Shown one piece after another: positions 61,523 to 64,000 of a stretch of DNA of 64,000 nucleotides (positions are counted from its first letter, which is position 1; each line of letters starts with the position of its first letter). The stretch is from an uncultured Gammaproteobacteria bacterium (lineage in GTDB: Bacteria > Pseudomonadota > Gammaproteobacteria > JACCXJ01). The position numbers were made by a program, and so were the translations under genes. The stretch is taken from the NCBI GenBank assembly GCA_963764725.1, contig CAVXTM010000018.1, forward strand, positions 192,001-256,000. Direction: 5' to 3'. Under the pieces are notes generated by a model. It was not told the origin of the DNA and did no database searches. It saw only the letters and a program-made list of their open reading frames with translations.

Positions 61523-62662
61523 ATGTCCGCGCACTCCGGCGTCCGGCATGCGACTGCCTACGGGAATCCATCCAAGCGCGACAGACCGGTGCTGGTGACA
61601 GGCGCTTCGGGCCACCTCGGCGCCAATCTGGTGCGCCGGCTGCTCGATGAAGGGTATCCGGTCCGTGTTCTTCTGCGCGAGGGTAGCGATAGAGCCGCCG
61701 TGGAAGGCTTGGCGGTCGAGCGCGTTTTCGGCGACCTGCGGGACTTTCCCGCCACCCGTGCCGCCGTCGCCGGGTGCGGAAGGATCTATCACTGCGCGGC
61801 CAAACTCTCGACCATCGAGGGGGATGCCCGGCACCAGCGGGAGATCTATGAATGCAACGTGATCGGGACGCAGCAACTGTTGCGCGCGGCGCGCGAGGCA
61901 TGCTTAGAACGGGTCGTTGTCACCGGTTCCTTCAGCGCCGTCGGGTACGAACTCGACGCACCCTCCGCGCCGAGCAATGAAACCATGCAGTTCTATCCCT
62001 TCGAGCGCAGCATGCCTTACGAGCGCTCCAAGGTCCTGGTCGAGCACGAATGCCTGAAAGCTGTCATCGACGGCCTCGATGTCGTGGTGGCTACGTGTTG
62101 CGCCATCATCGGCGGCAATGATTTCCGGCCCTCGCGCCTGGGCCGGACCCTGTGCGACTTTGTCAACGGGAACCTCCGCGCTTACCTCCGCGGCGGCTTC
62201 GAATTCGTGGCGGCACGCGATATCGTGGAAGCTCACCTGCTCTGCATGGACAAAGGCCGGACGGGACACAAGTATATTTTTAGCACGGAGTTCCTGATGC
62301 TCGACGAGCTCCTCGATTTGTTCACGGAGATCTCGGGTGTGGCGGGCCCCCGCCGCCGCCTTCCGGCACCTCTGATGCTGGCCTGCGCCGAGATGGCGAG
62401 CGCCTACCTAAGCCGCTTCCACCCCGGCGTTCAGCAGCGTTTGACGCCGGGCGCTATCCGCTTGCTGCGCAAATGCCGGCACGCCGATCTCACCAAGGCC
62501 CGCACCGAGCTCGGCTACCGGCCGACGAGCATCCGCACCGCGGTGGAGGAAGCATACGCTTTTCATTATGCGCGGGGCGCTATTCATCATGCCGCGGCGC
62601 GGGCGCCAAGCCGCCCGGCCGGTAGCGAACCAGCGGTGGCCCACCGCATGGCCTTGCCCTAG
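61523..62662 (+). CDS. Extended SDR/3-beta-HSD-like dehydrogenase (SdmB-like)
   Basis: TGASGHLG, HCAA and YERSK motifs; adjacent to Rieske and sterol reductase genes. Confidence 0.75.
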   Translation: MSAHSGVRHATAYGNPSKRDRPVLVTGASGHLGANLVRRLLDEGYPVRVLLREGSDRAAVEGLAVERVFGDLRDFPATRAAVAGCGRIYHCAAKLSTIEGDARHQREIYECNVIGTQQLLRAAREACLERVVVTGSFSAVGYELDAPSAPSNETMQFYPFERSMPYERSKVLVEHECLKAVIDGLDVVVATCCAIIGGNDFRPSRLGRTLCDFVNGNLRAYLRGGFEFVAARDIVEAHLLCMDKGRTGHKYIFSTEFLMLDELLDLFTEISGVAGPRRRLPAPLMLACAEMASAYLSRFHPGVQQRLTPGAIRLLRKCRHADLTKARTELGYRPTSIRTAVEEAYAFHYARGAIHHAAARAPSRPAGSEPAVAHRMALP

Positions 62663-62678
62663 ACCTGAGGCTGCGACG

Positions 62679-63812
62679 ATCAGCGGACAGCGCCTTCCAG
62701 CCAACTCTTCTCCGCCTACCTTCGCGGAGGCTCGCAATGCGCGCCAAAAAGTCCGTGCGGCCGGTCTGGATCCGAACTACTGGTATGCGGTGGAGATCGA
62801 TGAGCGCATCCTGCCAGGCCAGGTAACCGAGGTGGTATTCTGGAAGCGTTCCATCGCTCTCTTCAAAGGCCGGGACGGACGCGTGCGGGCGATCGAGAAC
62901 CGCTGTGCGCATCGCCAGTTGAAGCTGTCGCTGGGCGGAGTCGATGACTGCCAACTGGTGTGCCTCTATCACGGCTGGACATACGACGGGGAGGGGCGCG
63001 TGGTCCGCATTCCCCACGATCTATTCGGGCGGCGCATGCCGGAGTTTCGCATCGCGAGCTTCCCCGTGCGCGTGCGCTATGGGCTCGTGTGGCTATTTCC
63101 GGGCGATCCGGCCCTGGCCGCGGAACGGCCGATCCCGGAAATCCCGGAGCTCGAAGGACCGGATCGATGGGCCTGTCGGCCGCTCAGTTTCATCTGGCGC
63201 GCGCATCATTCCATGATCATCGATAACGTCAGCGATTTCACCCATGCACACTTGCACCGCAAGTACCGCCCGTTCGACGATGCGCGCCTGGTCCGCTGTG
63301 AAACTGCCGGTGACAGCGTTCACGTAGCCTACGACACCCGCGTGGGACGGGGCCGGATCTCCGGATTGTTCGTCGACCGCGACCGGATCAACACCAACCA
63401 CATGCGGCTCTGCTACCAGTATCCTTACCAGTGGTCCAACACAGATGACAAGATCAAGCACTGGCTGTTTGTCCTCCCTATCGACGAGCGCACGACGCGG
63501 ACTTTTTTCCTGTTCTATTTCGAGTCGCTCAAGATCCCGTGGACGGCGGTCCGCATCCCGCGCGCAGCCATGGATTTTGTACTGAGGCTCGCTAACCGCA
63601 TGCTGATTGCACCGCTATTGGACCAGGATCGCGGCGCGGTCGAGGCTGAGCAGGAAGGCTACGAAGTGCACTGGGACGCGCCGATCGCGGAGATCAACCC
63701 AGCCGTCCGGGCCTTCCAGGAGGTCACCATCCGAAAATGGCAGGCCCATCTCGACCGCTTAGCGCCGCAAGCGAGTGTCCGCGCAACGCCAACCATGCAG
63801 CGAGCTCCGTAG
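62679..63812 (+). CDS. Rieske non-heme iron oxygenase (SdmA-like)
   Basis: CAHR...CLYHGW Rieske motif; DNVSDFTHAHLH and QD mononuclear Fe site. Start uncertain (ATC at 62679 or ATG at 62568/62589). Confidence 0.8.
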   Translation: MSGQRLPANSSPPTFAEARNARQKVRAAGLDPNYWYAVEIDERILPGQVTEVVFWKRSIALFKGRDGRVRAIENRCAHRQLKLSLGGVDDCQLVCLYHGWTYDGEGRVVRIPHDLFGRRMPEFRIASFPVRVRYGLVWLFPGDPALAAERPIPEIPELEGPDRWACRPLSFIWRAHHSMIIDNVSDFTHAHLHRKYRPFDDARLVRCETAGDSVHVAYDTRVGRGRISGLFVDRDRINTNHMRLCYQYPYQWSNTDDKIKHWLFVLPIDERTTRTFFLFYFESLKIPWTAVRIPRAAMDFVLRLANRMLIAPLLDQDRGAVEAEQEGYEVHWDAPIAEINPAVRAFQEVTIRKWQAHLDRLAPQASVRATPTMQRAP

Positions 63813-63826
63813 AGGCCTGCACGTAG

Positions 63827-64000
63827 ATGAGCAGCCTGAACACTGGCACCAGCTTGGAGGCCCTGGCCGGAGTCTCGGCCTTCGTGATTCTCTTGTTCGT
63901 CGGCTCGCGGCTGCTTCCGGGCCCGGAAGCACAGGGCGCGCCGCTACCCTCGGGCGGGCGACTCGCCTACCGCCTAAATGGACTACGGGTCTTCCTCCTG
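63827..64000 (+). CDS. ERG4/ERG24-family sterol reductase, N-terminus (runs off the window)
   Basis: TM helix followed by LLPGPEAQGAPLPSGGRLAYRLNGL, the LPG..G..L..G.RL.Y..NGL signature. Confidence 0.7.
   Translation, partial: MSSLNTGTSLEALAGVSAFVILLFVGSRLLPGPEAQGAPLPSGGRLAYRLNGLRVFLL

Overview
GC-rich bacterial chromosome segment, most consistent with a gammaproteobacterial methanotroph. The PmoA has methanotroph-type signatures plus Nitrosococcus-like residues, and the gene order is pmoCAB-pmoD, which suggests the USC-gamma/Chromatiales-related lineage (inference, needs a tree). The left part (1-27.4 kb) is largely accessory. It holds a Dam methylase/PD-(D/E)XK defence-like operon, two integrase-less integron cassette regions rich in TA modules, an IS110 whose bridge RNA guides can be read directly, MITEs/REPs, an unclassified Rep-like mobile element next to a group II intron remnant, an IS1634, and a 3-hydroxyanthranilate/kynurenine catabolic cluster. 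The right part (27.4-64 kb) is mostly core: phoU-pstBACS, ppk1, sohB, pmoCAB-pmoD, a frameshifted hydrolase-NACHT gene with a glycosyltransferase, an outer-membrane barrel, pntAAB, a two-domain multicopper oxidase/cupredoxin pair preceded by an unannotated 37-aa membrane microprotein, panDCB-folK-pcnB, tRNA-Glu(CTC), and the start of a probable sterol-modification cluster (SdmB-like SDR, SdmA-like Rieske oxygenase, ERG24-like reductase). All calls come from reading motifs by eye; no searches were run.
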